A stretch of DNA of 26,003 bases, from contig DAOVGH010000027.1 in the NCBI GenBank assembly GCA_030672485.1, positions 1 through 26,003 on the forward strand, given 5' to 3'. A program made the translations under genes and the position numbers. The notes beneath the pieces were generated by a model. It made no database searches, was not told where the DNA came from, and saw only the letters and a program-made list of their open reading frames with translations. Numbering within the stretch: the stretch's first letter is position 1; each line of letters starts with the position of its first letter. This document shows positions 17,789 through 25,753 of the stretch, piece after piece. The stretch comes from Desulfobacterales bacterium (GTDB taxonomy: Bacteria; Desulfobacterota; DSM-4660; Desulfatiglandales; B25-G16).

Positions 17789-20302
17789 TTAATATAGATC
17801 ATCCAGTTCATCTTCTCCGCCGGGCATTCTACCGTGTTCCTGTAAATATTGCTGGATCAGCTCACTTTCCCTCTTTGAATAGAGCGGGTTTTCCTCGTAC
17901 TGAAACCAGGCTACCTTATTGTTGTCCTCAAATACCTCAAGCAGGGTCTCTCTCATATTGATGACACCCTTTATAAGCAAGACCCTTTTGTCAGCATCCA
18001 GCAGTTCGTACACGCCCTCCCCTTCCGGCATGAGCTGAATATTGTCCTCGGTCCATTTCATCAATTTTGCCGGAGGAGGGGTAACCTTCCCCATCTGTAA
18101 TCTCAGATCACATTGCAAACAGCGGGCGGCCTCTTTCCTGGCATGTTCAGGATCAAAACCAAGGGCTACCCCTTCAAAGCACTTGAGTCTTTCTGCCACC
18201 GGCAGTTCCGGAACCTTCTCCCTTGGTAGGTCGGCGAAACCCTCCATTCTTCCCACTGTAGGAGAGAGGGGCTCGGGTTGAAAAAGGCCCTCCTCGATAT
18301 CCCCGTTTCCACCCAGAAACCTGTCGATGGAAGATGCTGCCCTTCTACTCGCCACTATGGCATGAATAATTGCGCCGGGTATCTGAGTCACATCTCCACC
18401 GGCAAATACCCCGGGCATCCCGGTTTCAAGTGTCTCCTGATCCACTACTATCATGCCCCTTTGTATATCAATGGGGCTGCCCGAGTCAATAAAACCAAGA
18501 TCTGAGGCCTGACCTATTGACAGTATAACCTGGTCGGCCTCCACCACCCTTGTTCTGTCATCAAAGCTTGGGGAAAGATTTCCCTCCTGATCAAAAGCGC
18601 GGGCACAACCAATGAGCTCAATGCCCTGTAGTTGGCCATCCTTGCCCAATATCCTCTTCGGGCCCCATGATGTCATGAGGTTGACTCCGTCTTCTATGGC
18701 CTGGTCGATCTCCTGTGCATCTGCCGGCATCTCCTCCCTCTTTTCCAGGCAGGCCATGGTAACATTGGTGGCACCACACCTCAGGGCTGTCAGGGCCACA
18801 TCAACAGCAACGTTCCCTCCACCAATGACGACTACCCTATCCTCTAGTTTGACATGCTTGCGCTCCTTTGCCTGGAAGAGAAAAGCAACACCCCACAACA
18901 CACCGTTCAGATCTGAACCCTCAAGCTCTATCCTTCGGCTCAGCTGGGCACCAACGGCTAAGAATATTGCCTCATAGCCCTCGTTTTTCAGTTGATCAAT
19001 AGTGAAATCCTTTCCCAGTGTGTTTCCTGCTCTGAGCTCTATGCCTGACTCGAGGATATCCCGGATTTCCTTTTCCACGACACTCGAGGGAAGCCGGTAA
19101 TCAGGGATCCCGTACCTCATCATACCACCAGGTAGCGGCCTTGACTCGAATACCGTCACCCGATGGCCGAGCTTCTTCAGGTAAAAGGCAGCTGTGAGCC
19201 CCGCAGGGCCAGAACCAATAACCGCCACCTTATGTCCCGTATCACCCTTAAGGTTCACCGGGCTCTTCCACAATCCGTGCTCACTGTCTGCCGCAAACCT
19301 TTTGAGTGCACAGATGGATATGGGCTCGTTGACATCGCCCCTCCTGCAAACATCCTCACAGGGCCTGGTACAGACCCTGCCCAAGATACCGGGGAACGGG
19401 ACCTTTTCCCTTATTACGGCATTTGCCTCATCCGTCTTTCCCTCGGCAATAAGCCTCACATAACCCGGTATATTAACATGTGCGGGACACGCCGCCTTGC
19501 AAGGAAGGAGATCTTCCTCCTCTTGCCCCGCCCTAATATTCTTATCCATCAGTGACCCTGTGGGGCACACCCCTACACATGCAGTACAGAATCTGCACCC
19601 GGATTCAGCTAAAGCAGGGGATAGCGAACCAACCTGGATGTCGCCCCTTTCATCGAAAACAAAGCCCAGTGCCCCTACCCCCCTCAGATCATTGCAGGCC
19701 CTTACACATCTCAAGCACCCAATACAGAGATTATAGTTCCTTTCAAAGAGTGGTTCATGCTTAACAAGGGGCAAATCAGTAGGAATCCAGCGTGGGGTTG
19801 CGGGATCTATACCAACCCAGTTGGCCACGTCCTGGAGCTCACAGTGACCAAGCAGCTCACAGCACCGCTCCTCTACCGGAACATCCAGCGAACACTCAAG
19901 CCGGTCACACCCTTCCCGCTGAGGACATGCCAGGCACGCATGGGGGTGTCGCGTCATGGTTGAGATGAGGTTCTTTCTCCTCTCCTCCCTGATCCTGTCG
20001 CTGTCGGTCACGATCACCATACCCTCTGCTGCTTCTGTACTACACGACCTTACCAGGTCGGGGAGGTCTTGAACGGCAACCAAGCAGATACCGCATCCCT
20101 CACTCATACGCTCGGGCATTGCGTTGGCAATCCTCTTTTCCCCCCGGTAGATAAGCTCTGCCGCTTTCAGCCCCTCTGAGCTCTTTAGATCAGGATGGTA
20201 ACACACCGTCGGAATATAGATCCCTGCCTTCTGTGCGGCCTCAAGAATGCTAGCCCCTTGTTCAACCTGAACCCGTTTAGAATCAATGGTTACCGTTACC
20301 AT
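17789..20302 (-). CDS. bzdV: BzdV-like Fe-S flavoprotein NAD(P)H oxidoreductase (2Fe-2S + NuoG-like 4Fe-4S + 2x4Fe-4S + GltD/SudA-like FAD/NAD(P)H domains + C-terminal extension)
   Basis: IPTVC...GCGICLV...SC; HPHACLAC; CIGCLRCVRAC and CRFCTACVGVCP; PCKAACP, GRVCTRPCEDVC; VIGSGPAG; VIGGGNVA; EAARCLQCD. Start overlaps the ferredoxin stop (TAATG); position after bzdNOPQM parallels the Azoarcus bzd cluster. Confidence 0.8.
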   Translation of the reverse strand: MVTVTIDSKRVQVEQGASILEAAQKAGIYIPTVCYHPDLKSSEGLKAAELIYRGEKRIANAMPERMSEGCGICLVAVQDLPDLVRSCSTEAAEGMVIVTDSDRIREERRKNLISTMTRHPHACLACPQREGCDRLECSLDVPVEERCCELLGHCELQDVANWVGIDPATPRWIPTDLPLVKHEPLFERNYNLCIGCLRCVRACNDLRGVGALGFVFDERGDIQVGSLSPALAESGCRFCTACVGVCPTGSLMDKNIRAGQEEEDLLPCKAACPAHVNIPGYVRLIAEGKTDEANAVIREKVPFPGILGRVCTRPCEDVCRRGDVNEPISICALKRFAADSEHGLWKSPVNLKGDTGHKVAVIGSGPAGLTAAFYLKKLGHRVTVFESRPLPGGMMRYGIPDYRLPSSVVEKEIRDILESGIELRAGNTLGKDFTIDQLKNEGYEAIFLAVGAQLSRRIELEGSDLNGVLWGVAFLFQAKERKHVKLEDRVVVIGGGNVAVDVALTALRCGATNVTMACLEKREEMPADAQEIDQAIEDGVNLMTSWGPKRILGKDGQLQGIELIGCARAFDQEGNLSPSFDDRTRVVEADQVILSIGQASDLGFIDSGSPIDIQRGMIVVDQETLETGMPGVFAGGDVTQIPGAIIHAIVASRRAASSIDRFLGGNGDIEEGLFQPEPLSPTVGRMEGFADLPREKVPELPVAERLKCFEGVALGFDPEHARKEAARCLQCDLRLQMGKVTPPPAKLMKWTEDNIQLMPEGEGVYELLDADKRVLLIKGVINMRETLLEVFEDNNKVAWFQYEENPLYSKRESELIQQYLQEHGRMPGGEDELDDLY

Positions 20303-20598
20303 TATCTATCCCACGAATGTGAGATGGCGTCCTGGGGGCATGCCTCAACACAGGGAAGCGCAGGTCTATTGGTTGGAGGCTTACACGGGCCACATTCATA
20401 CTTGAGTTTTCGCCCCTTATCCCTGGCAACAATCACAACAGGGTCTTCCCTGAAGGGATCGTTTGGATCCTCATCCACTACCTCAAATACAGTACCGGGA
20501 CAGGCCTCAACACATCTACCACACCCATCGCACTTATCGGTATCTACGGCTATGAAATAGTCTCCTGAACCATCCTTATACCCGTAATTGGCGATCAA
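20302..20598 (-). CDS. bzdM: 2x[4Fe-4S] ferredoxin associated with benzoyl-CoA reductase (98 aa, TTG start)
   Basis: ANYGYKDGSGDYFIAVDTDKCDGCGRCVEACP ... CGPC...CVEACP..AISHSW; AGGAGG SD 7 nt before the TTG at 20598. Confidence 0.85.
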   Translation of the reverse strand: MIANYGYKDGSGDYFIAVDTDKCDGCGRCVEACPGTVFEVVDEDPNDPFREDPVVIVARDKGRKLKYECGPCKPPTNRPALPCVEACPQDAISHSWDR

Positions 20599-20614
20599 CC
20601 GGCCACCTCCTGGA

Positions 20615-21505
20615 CTATTTCCTCCTTCCCTTTCCCTTTTGAACCAGGGCATAGCCAAAAAGGGCAGCGCCTGCTGCGCCTGCGATCTGTGTATCCCACT
20701 CGGTATGCATGGGCTCCACACCGATCTCTTTGGTGAGCCTCTCTATGACGCCCCTATTTTTGGCCAAGCCACCGGTGATGGCAAACCCCTTTTCTATGCC
20801 TATCCTCTCAATAAGCGTAAAAATTCTGTGGCCCATTGCTGAGCAGTAGGCTGCCAAAACCTCGTTGACCGCCCAGCCCTTCCTGAGCAATCCCGTTGCC
20901 TCTGTCTTGGCATAGACGACACAGATGCTGCTAACCGGTTCGGGCTCTTCCTTAACCTCGAAAGAGCGTTCACCGACATCCACAATGGGAACCGACAGGA
21001 GATCGGCAAAGACCTCCATACCCCTCCCCGTACCTGCGGCACATTTATCGTTCATCAAAAAATTGGTAACCTTTCCCTTTTCATCACAGCGAATGGCCTT
21101 GCAATCCTGTCCGCCAATATCGAGAACGGTTCGTACCTCCGGCCCATATATGAAGTGTGCCCCCCTGGCATGGCAGGCTATCTCCGTAATTGATCTGTCC
21201 GCCATCGGGACATTAACCCTCCCATAGCCCGTGCCAATACAATAATCTATGCGGGACTCGGGCATACTGGTGCCCTCCAGGCCCAAATTTAACGCATTTC
21301 TGGCACTTTCAGGGCTATCAGATCCCGTGCGCATATTGGAATAGGCGTAAACCTGTCCATCAGTCATTACCACCGCCTGGGAGCTGACAGAGCCAACATC
21401 AATACCGACGGTGACGATCTTTGCATCTTCCCATTTGATGTCCGGGTTCTTCCAATTTGACTCAGTCCACCTCCAGTATTCTTGCTTCTTTTCCTCTTCT
21501 CCCAC
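20615..21505 (-). CDS. bzdQ: Benzoyl-CoA reductase (bzd-type) ATPase/activase subunit Q
   Basis: N-terminal EYWRWTE extension, GIDVGSVSS, GTGYGR, TEIACHARGA, LDIGGQDCK, MNDKCAAGTGRG, CVVYAK, ITGGLAKN. Confidence 0.9.
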   Translation of the reverse strand: MGEEEKKQEYWRWTESNWKNPDIKWEDAKIVTVGIDVGSVSSQAVVMTDGQVYAYSNMRTGSDSPESARNALNLGLEGTSMPESRIDYCIGTGYGRVNVPMADRSITEIACHARGAHFIYGPEVRTVLDIGGQDCKAIRCDEKGKVTNFLMNDKCAAGTGRGMEVFADLLSVPIVDVGERSFEVKEEPEPVSSICVVYAKTEATGLLRKGWAVNEVLAAYCSAMGHRIFTLIERIGIEKGFAITGGLAKNRGVIERLTKEIGVEPMHTEWDTQIAGAAGAALFGYALVQKGKGRRK

Positions 21506-21514
21506 CTTAATCTC

Positions 21515-22288
21515 CTATGCCTCTTCCTTCAATACCACAGCCGCGCCAACCGCAGCGCCAAAGGCGGGGTCAGCCGGTATATAGACCCTATCAATCCCCA
21601 ATTCCCTTTTAAGGCATCCCACAAACCCGGGGTTCAATGCAACTCCTCCGATCATGACAATATCCTCGTTTACACCAATCCTCCTAATCATCGATACAAT
21701 CCTGCTTGCCATTGCATCATGAATTGCCTTACTGATATCCTCCTTAACGGTCTTTGCATGGATCAAACCAACTACCTCCGATTCAGCAAAGATGGCGCAC
21801 TGGGCATTCATGGGGATAGATTTATCAGACCGGAGGGCCATTGGGCCCATCTCCTCCAGTTCAACCTCGATGGCCCTCGCCATTGCCTCTATAAAGGCAC
21901 CAGCACCCGCGGCACATTTTTCATTAATGGCAAAGTCGATCACCTTACCCCTTTCATCAATCTTTACTGCCCTGCCCATTTCAGCGCCAACATCGGTCAC
22001 TGTCCTTGCTGAGGGAAAAAAGTAATTGGCGGCCTTGGCCATTGCCCTTATCTCATTAACCTTCATGGCCGCATCTTTGATCTCTTCCATCCCCGCACCA
22101 GTTCCACTGATTTTATCGACATCCCGTGCATCAATGCCCGCATCCTTCAGGGAAGCATCCAATGATTCCTTAACGGCACTGGCTTGATCAAAGCCCGTAA
22201 GGGTCATGCCCTTTCCGATTATCTTCCCATCTCTCAGAATGACCGATTTTGTGTTCTTTGCACCACAGTCAATTCCCGCTATTATCAT
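21515..22288 (-). CDS. bzdP: Benzoyl-CoA reductase (bzd-type) ATPase/activase subunit P
   Basis: AGIDCGAKNTK, DVGAEMGRA, INEKCAAGAGAF, NAQCAIFAESEV, GGVALNPG. Confidence 0.9.
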   Translation of the reverse strand: MIIAGIDCGAKNTKSVILRDGKIIGKGMTLTGFDQASAVKESLDASLKDAGIDARDVDKISGTGAGMEEIKDAAMKVNEIRAMAKAANYFFPSARTVTDVGAEMGRAVKIDERGKVIDFAINEKCAAGAGAFIEAMARAIEVELEEMGPMALRSDKSIPMNAQCAIFAESEVVGLIHAKTVKEDISKAIHDAMASRIVSMIRRIGVNEDIVMIGGVALNPGFVGCLKRELGIDRVYIPADPAFGAAVGAAVVLKEEA

Positions 22289-22314
22289 GCCTCATCTCCT
22301 TGCCGTCGCCTATA

Positions 22315-23628
22315 CTATCCCTCCGGCTTTTTAAGGCCCAGGCTTTCGAGAAATATATCAAACCGTGTCTCAGTTGCCGGTAAATCAAACTCCGTCTCAT
22401 CACCCATGTTGCCTTCGTAGGTCATGACCTTGTTTCCCCTTTGGAGCAAGCCTAAGCGATTCTCCGCAATACCGACCGACAGTCCCTCACATCCCCTGTT
22501 GTAATGTAGGATGATACCGTCACACCTCCAGTTTTTTGCAATAGCATCCATCATCTTTGTCTTGTATTCCGGGTGGTAAAAATGCTGATACTGCGGTTTG
22601 CTTAGGTGCCAGTCGGCCAGCATCATACAGGCTTCCTCGCGGGACCTGGGCTTCTCAGGCGGCATGGGTCGAGGCCTCAGATCATTTTTCTCGTCGTCAT
22701 AGAGCCACATCCCCTCAAGTCCAAATGTATAGAGAGAACCAATAGATACCACACCACAGGTTTCCAGGTAGCGATAGATCTTTAAAAATCCCCATGGAGG
22801 CTGAGTATCGGTCATAACGCGTGCCTGCTCATTTGCCACGGCAGCTATTCCCCTTTTTACCCTGTCCTCTACCTCCTCCAAAAGCTCCTCATAGAATTCC
22901 GCAAACTCGCCCCGAGACTTTTGGAGCGTTGCGAAGACATAGAGGGAATAAATGGATTTCTCATCCAGGGGTGCCGGAACAGCCCTGTTTAACATGCATA
23001 TCTTGGCCCAGGTATGGGTGAGCCTGATATCATTCCAGCACGCCTCGAAGAATAGCTCGTCATTGTAAGTTCTTCCGGTAATCTTTTCCATCCATTCTAT
23101 GGAATCCAGTATCTGATCGGCCACGTACCTTAGCCGGTGTTCATACATCTCAGGCTGGAACGGTGGATAGGCCCCTACACCGACATCAATGACATAGAGA
23201 GGAACATCGCCGGCTTCAAGTTCACAGGCATTTTGATACCACTTGCCATGAGAGCAGCATATATGTTGCGTATAGGCAAAATCTGCCTTGGGAAAAGCAC
23301 CGCCAAAGGCAGATTTGTTCACTATGATGGATCCCCAGTAGTTTCTCATATATGAGCATAGATCCCTTGAAAAACCGAAGTTTTCGGCCGCGGCCAGAAA
23401 ATCAGCGGAAAGGGGCCTGTCAAATGCACAGGAGGCGCCATATGGCTCCCCCGTAACCCAGTAGACATCTCTGCCCAGGCCCATGGTAACGGCATCCAGT
23501 GCCCATGCACTTCCCACACATCGAATTCCGCCCTTCTCATGAGCCCCTTTAAAGTCCTCATAGAATCTCTTTCGTAATTCCTTGGCCTTGGCCCAACATC
23601 TCAAAGGTTCAGTGGGGTATTTCGCCAT
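22315..23628 (-). CDS. bzdO: Benzoyl-CoA reductase (bzd-type) subunit O (2-hydroxyacyl-CoA dehydratase family)
   Basis: GEPYGAS, RDLCSYMRNYWG, HICCSHGKWYQ, DTQPPW, NRGCEG, YEGNMGD; operon context. Confidence 0.9.
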   Translation of the reverse strand: MAKYPTEPLRCWAKAKELRKRFYEDFKGAHEKGGIRCVGSAWALDAVTMGLGRDVYWVTGEPYGASCAFDRPLSADFLAAAENFGFSRDLCSYMRNYWGSIIVNKSAFGGAFPKADFAYTQHICCSHGKWYQNACELEAGDVPLYVIDVGVGAYPPFQPEMYEHRLRYVADQILDSIEWMEKITGRTYNDELFFEACWNDIRLTHTWAKICMLNRAVPAPLDEKSIYSLYVFATLQKSRGEFAEFYEELLEEVEDRVKRGIAAVANEQARVMTDTQPPWGFLKIYRYLETCGVVSIGSLYTFGLEGMWLYDDEKNDLRPRPMPPEKPRSREEACMMLADWHLSKPQYQHFYHPEYKTKMMDAIAKNWRCDGIILHYNRGCEGLSVGIAENRLGLLQRGNKVMTYEGNMGDETEFDLPATETRFDIFLESLGLKKPEG

Positions 23629-23656
23629 TTTCCTATCCTCTTCATGTCACTACAAC

Positions 23657-24805
23657 CTAAAACAGATCTTCTTCTGCCTCAAGCGTCTCCAGAAATGCCT
23701 CTGTCCGGATCGCAAAAGGACCAGCAGCTACCGTAACGTCGAACTCCAGGAAATAGGTGGGGATGCCGTTGTCTTCCAGGAATTTCCTGATAAAGGGTAT
23801 GTCGGCTTCATGGGGATCGCAGAATTTCTGCTGGATGACAATGGCACCATCAACCCTGAAGTCCTTTGCTAGCTCTAGAATCCTCTGTAGTCGGGTTCTC
23901 TGCGGCCAATCCTTGGAAGGGCACGGTGTTCTTGAGACATACCTTTCAGCAATTGCCCTCAATGGATCATCGATATTCGTATCGACTTCATCCCAGAAGT
24001 ACCTCGTTGTTGTACAGTGTTCCTCCACCACCACCGTACAGCCGACCGATTCACGCTCACCAAGCGTTTCAATCATATTGATATATTCAATATCATCATT
24101 CTCACTCCCGACGAGCATAATCCTCTTACCGGGGTCACGATCAAGCCTCCGGGAGGCCAGTTCCCTCTTTACGTCTTCTGCCACCGGCAAAAACTCCCTT
24201 GCATCCGTGAAGAACTGGGCACAGGTCATATACATGGCCTCTGTTCCGCTTATAGGAGGATTGTCCTCTTTCCTGAACTCGTAGATCTCCTTCATGACCT
24301 TTCTGGCCTTGTTCATAATGTCTATACCCTGTCTCAAATCGTCATCAGTTATCCTCCTGCCGGCTAACTCCTCTATCTTCTTGATCAGCAACCTGTATTC
24401 CTCTACCAGAAAGGGGACGGCCCTTTTACTCTGGACGTGATTGGGCATGGGCAGAAAATAACTCCAGCCCGGATTCTTGTGTAGATCCCAACTGGTAAAG
24501 GCCTGGCGAAGATGGAGGCAGGATTGTCCAATCGCTATGCCATCGAGGTAGTCGTATCGCCCCTTTATTCCCTGGGCCAAGACATCCCTGCAAAAAGGGC
24601 AAAACATGCTAAATATATGCGGCTCGGTAACATCCTGGGGCTCGTGGGAACCGAGAATCCTGACGGGCAGTATATCCGCGGCATAAAAGATCTCCTCAGG
24701 TGTGTAGGTACAGAAATATCCAACGATCTTATTGCCTGTCCTGTCCTTATACCCCTTTTGGTACTCATGCCTGTTTTCGTACCATTCTCGAAACTTCTCT
24801 ATCAT
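23657..24805 (-). CDS. bzdN: Benzoyl-CoA reductase (bzd-type) subunit N (2-hydroxyacyl-CoA dehydratase family)
   Basis: GYFCTYTPEE, MFCPFCRDVLAQG, QSCLHLRQAF, EEHCTTTRYF, QQKFCDPHEAD. ATG 24805 preferred (AGGAG SD at 7 nt); the track uses GTG 24823. Confidence 0.9.
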   Translation of the reverse strand: MIEKFREWYENRHEYQKGYKDRTGNKIVGYFCTYTPEEIFYAADILPVRILGSHEPQDVTEPHIFSMFCPFCRDVLAQGIKGRYDYLDGIAIGQSCLHLRQAFTSWDLHKNPGWSYFLPMPNHVQSKRAVPFLVEEYRLLIKKIEELAGRRITDDDLRQGIDIMNKARKVMKEIYEFRKEDNPPISGTEAMYMTCAQFFTDAREFLPVAEDVKRELASRRLDRDPGKRIMLVGSENDDIEYINMIETLGERESVGCTVVVEEHCTTTRYFWDEVDTNIDDPLRAIAERYVSRTPCPSKDWPQRTRLQRILELAKDFRVDGAIVIQQKFCDPHEADIPFIRKFLEDNGIPTYFLEFDVTVAAGPFAIRTEAFLETLEAEEDLF

Positions 24806-24832
24806 CTCGAGGCTCCTTTTCACCTATAGGGC

Positions 24833-25276
24833 CTAATCAAGGATCTTCTCCAGGTTAATAAAGTCACATCTGCTGAATCCAAGGGATTTGAAAAAGGATA
24901 GCAGGTCAGTTGAGTCCCACTTAACCGATGTAAACACATTTCTTATACCGATTTTCTTAAATGCGCCGAGAGCCTCCCCGGCCATCATTTTTCCGATTCC
25001 GCGTCCCATATATCTCGGGTCAACACCAAAGAGCCCGATCCAGGCACTTTTCTCCAGACCAAATCCGCCATAGATAACATAGGTAATCATGTAGCCCGCC
25101 ACCTTGCCATCAAGCTCGGCCACAAAGCTCACCCTATCCTCTTTGTCTGCCTCTGCCTCAACAACCCTCTGGTAATCTATTGTGCCAGGACCCTTTGTAA
25201 TTGCCTCCTGGATTCTGGAAATGTCATCGGCATCACGGGCCTCTAACCTTCTAATCAGGAGATTTTCCACTCTCAT
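24833..25276 (-). CDS. GNAT-family N-acetyltransferase-fold protein
   Basis: SFVAELDGKVAGY, IGLFGVDPRYMGRGIG (motif A, R/QxxGxG), LLSFFKSLGF; SD GAGGAGG. Confidence 0.88.
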   Translation of the reverse strand: MRVENLLIRRLEARDADDISRIQEAITKGPGTIDYQRVVEAEADKEDRVSFVAELDGKVAGYMITYVIYGGFGLEKSAWIGLFGVDPRYMGRGIGKMMAGEALGAFKKIGIRNVFTSVKWDSTDLLSFFKSLGFSRCDFINLEKILD

Positions 25277-25304
25277 AAGCCCTCCTCTAACCAGAGTCCA
25301 CTGC

Positions 25305-25481
25305 CTAGTCTATCCTGATTATCTTTACGTGCTTGCCGACCCAATCCGGTGGAAGATATATCCGGCCACTGTTACCGCTCAGTTTTACCTCTTTTGCGAG
25401 CATCTCCTCACCAAAGATCTCAAATTTCACCTTTTTTGTGTCCTGGACTCTAGCTGCCAAGTTTTTTCTTCTATTGTTCAT
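25305..25481 (-). CDS. Unannotated 58-aa protein, DUF2080/AbrB-like (below the ORF-track size cutoff)
   Basis: Manual translation: MNNRRKNLAARVQDTKKVKFEIFGEEMLAKEVKLSGNSGRIYLPPDWVGKHVKIIRID*. The GNSGRIYLPPDWVGKHVKII signature resembles DUF2080 and swapped-hairpin proteins. It lies between a promoter and the GNAT gene, co-oriented with them. Confidence 0.8.
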   Translation of the reverse strand: MNNRRKNLAARVQDTKKVKFEIFGEEMLAKEVKLSGNSGRIYLPPDWVGKHVKIIRID

Positions 25482-25526
25482 CTATGTAACTAAGACTCCT
25501 AATTCCCACAATGTGATTATAATTTA

Positions 25527-25556
25527 GCTATAATGTAACTACATTAGCCTTGTCAA
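25527..25556 (-). promoter_or_regulatory. Putative sigma70 promoter of the microprotein-GNAT-bzd operon
   Basis: Minus strand reads TTGACA-18 nt-TATAGC (or 17 nt-TTATAG), implying a start ~40 nt before the 58-aa ORF. Confidence 0.6.
25531..25546. promoter_or_regulatory. Perfect palindromic operator candidate
   Basis: TAATGTA-AC-TACATTA inverted repeat in the promoter spacer; the core ATGTAACTA recurs at 25484-25492. Confidence 0.65.
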
Positions 25557-25576
25557 CAAAAAAATAAAAAAAATAA

Positions 25577-25619
25577 TTTGGATCCCTTTTAACGTATTAA
25601 GGTAACCCTTTTGGATCCC
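25577..25619. promoter_or_regulatory. Direct repeat TTTGGATCCC x2, 33 bp apart
   Basis: Copies at 25577-25586 and 25610-25619 in the divergent intergenic region. Confidence 0.5.
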
Positions 25620-25690
25620 ACTAGAATGCGAATCATTTTCCTTGACTTAAATTAGAAGAAAAGAATAAATACACCCTATTAGGAGGGATG

Positions 25691-25709
25691 CGCTCAAGGG
25701 TTTTGAGCG
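25691..25709 (+). other. Stem-loop in the leader of the enoyl-CoA hydratase gene
   Basis: CGCTCAA-GGGTT-TTGAGCG, a 7-bp perfect stem with no U-tract. Confidence 0.45.
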
Positions 25710-25753
25710 TTGAAGCAAGTATTCTTAATTATTTGGAGGTAAAGGAGTGAGCC

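Noticed and set aside
20599-20721. 41-codon N-terminal extension of the ferredoxin (139-aa ORF)
   Set aside because: Overlaps the bzdQ 3' end in another frame; a strong AGGAGG SD supports TTG 20598.
11062-24829. Many antisense or alternate-frame ORFs (e.g. 11062-11457, 18612-18977, 21482-22012, 23757-24284, 24512-24829)
   Set aside because: They lie opposite well-supported genes, are Ser/Ile/Pro-rich as expected for antisense frames, and show no motifs.
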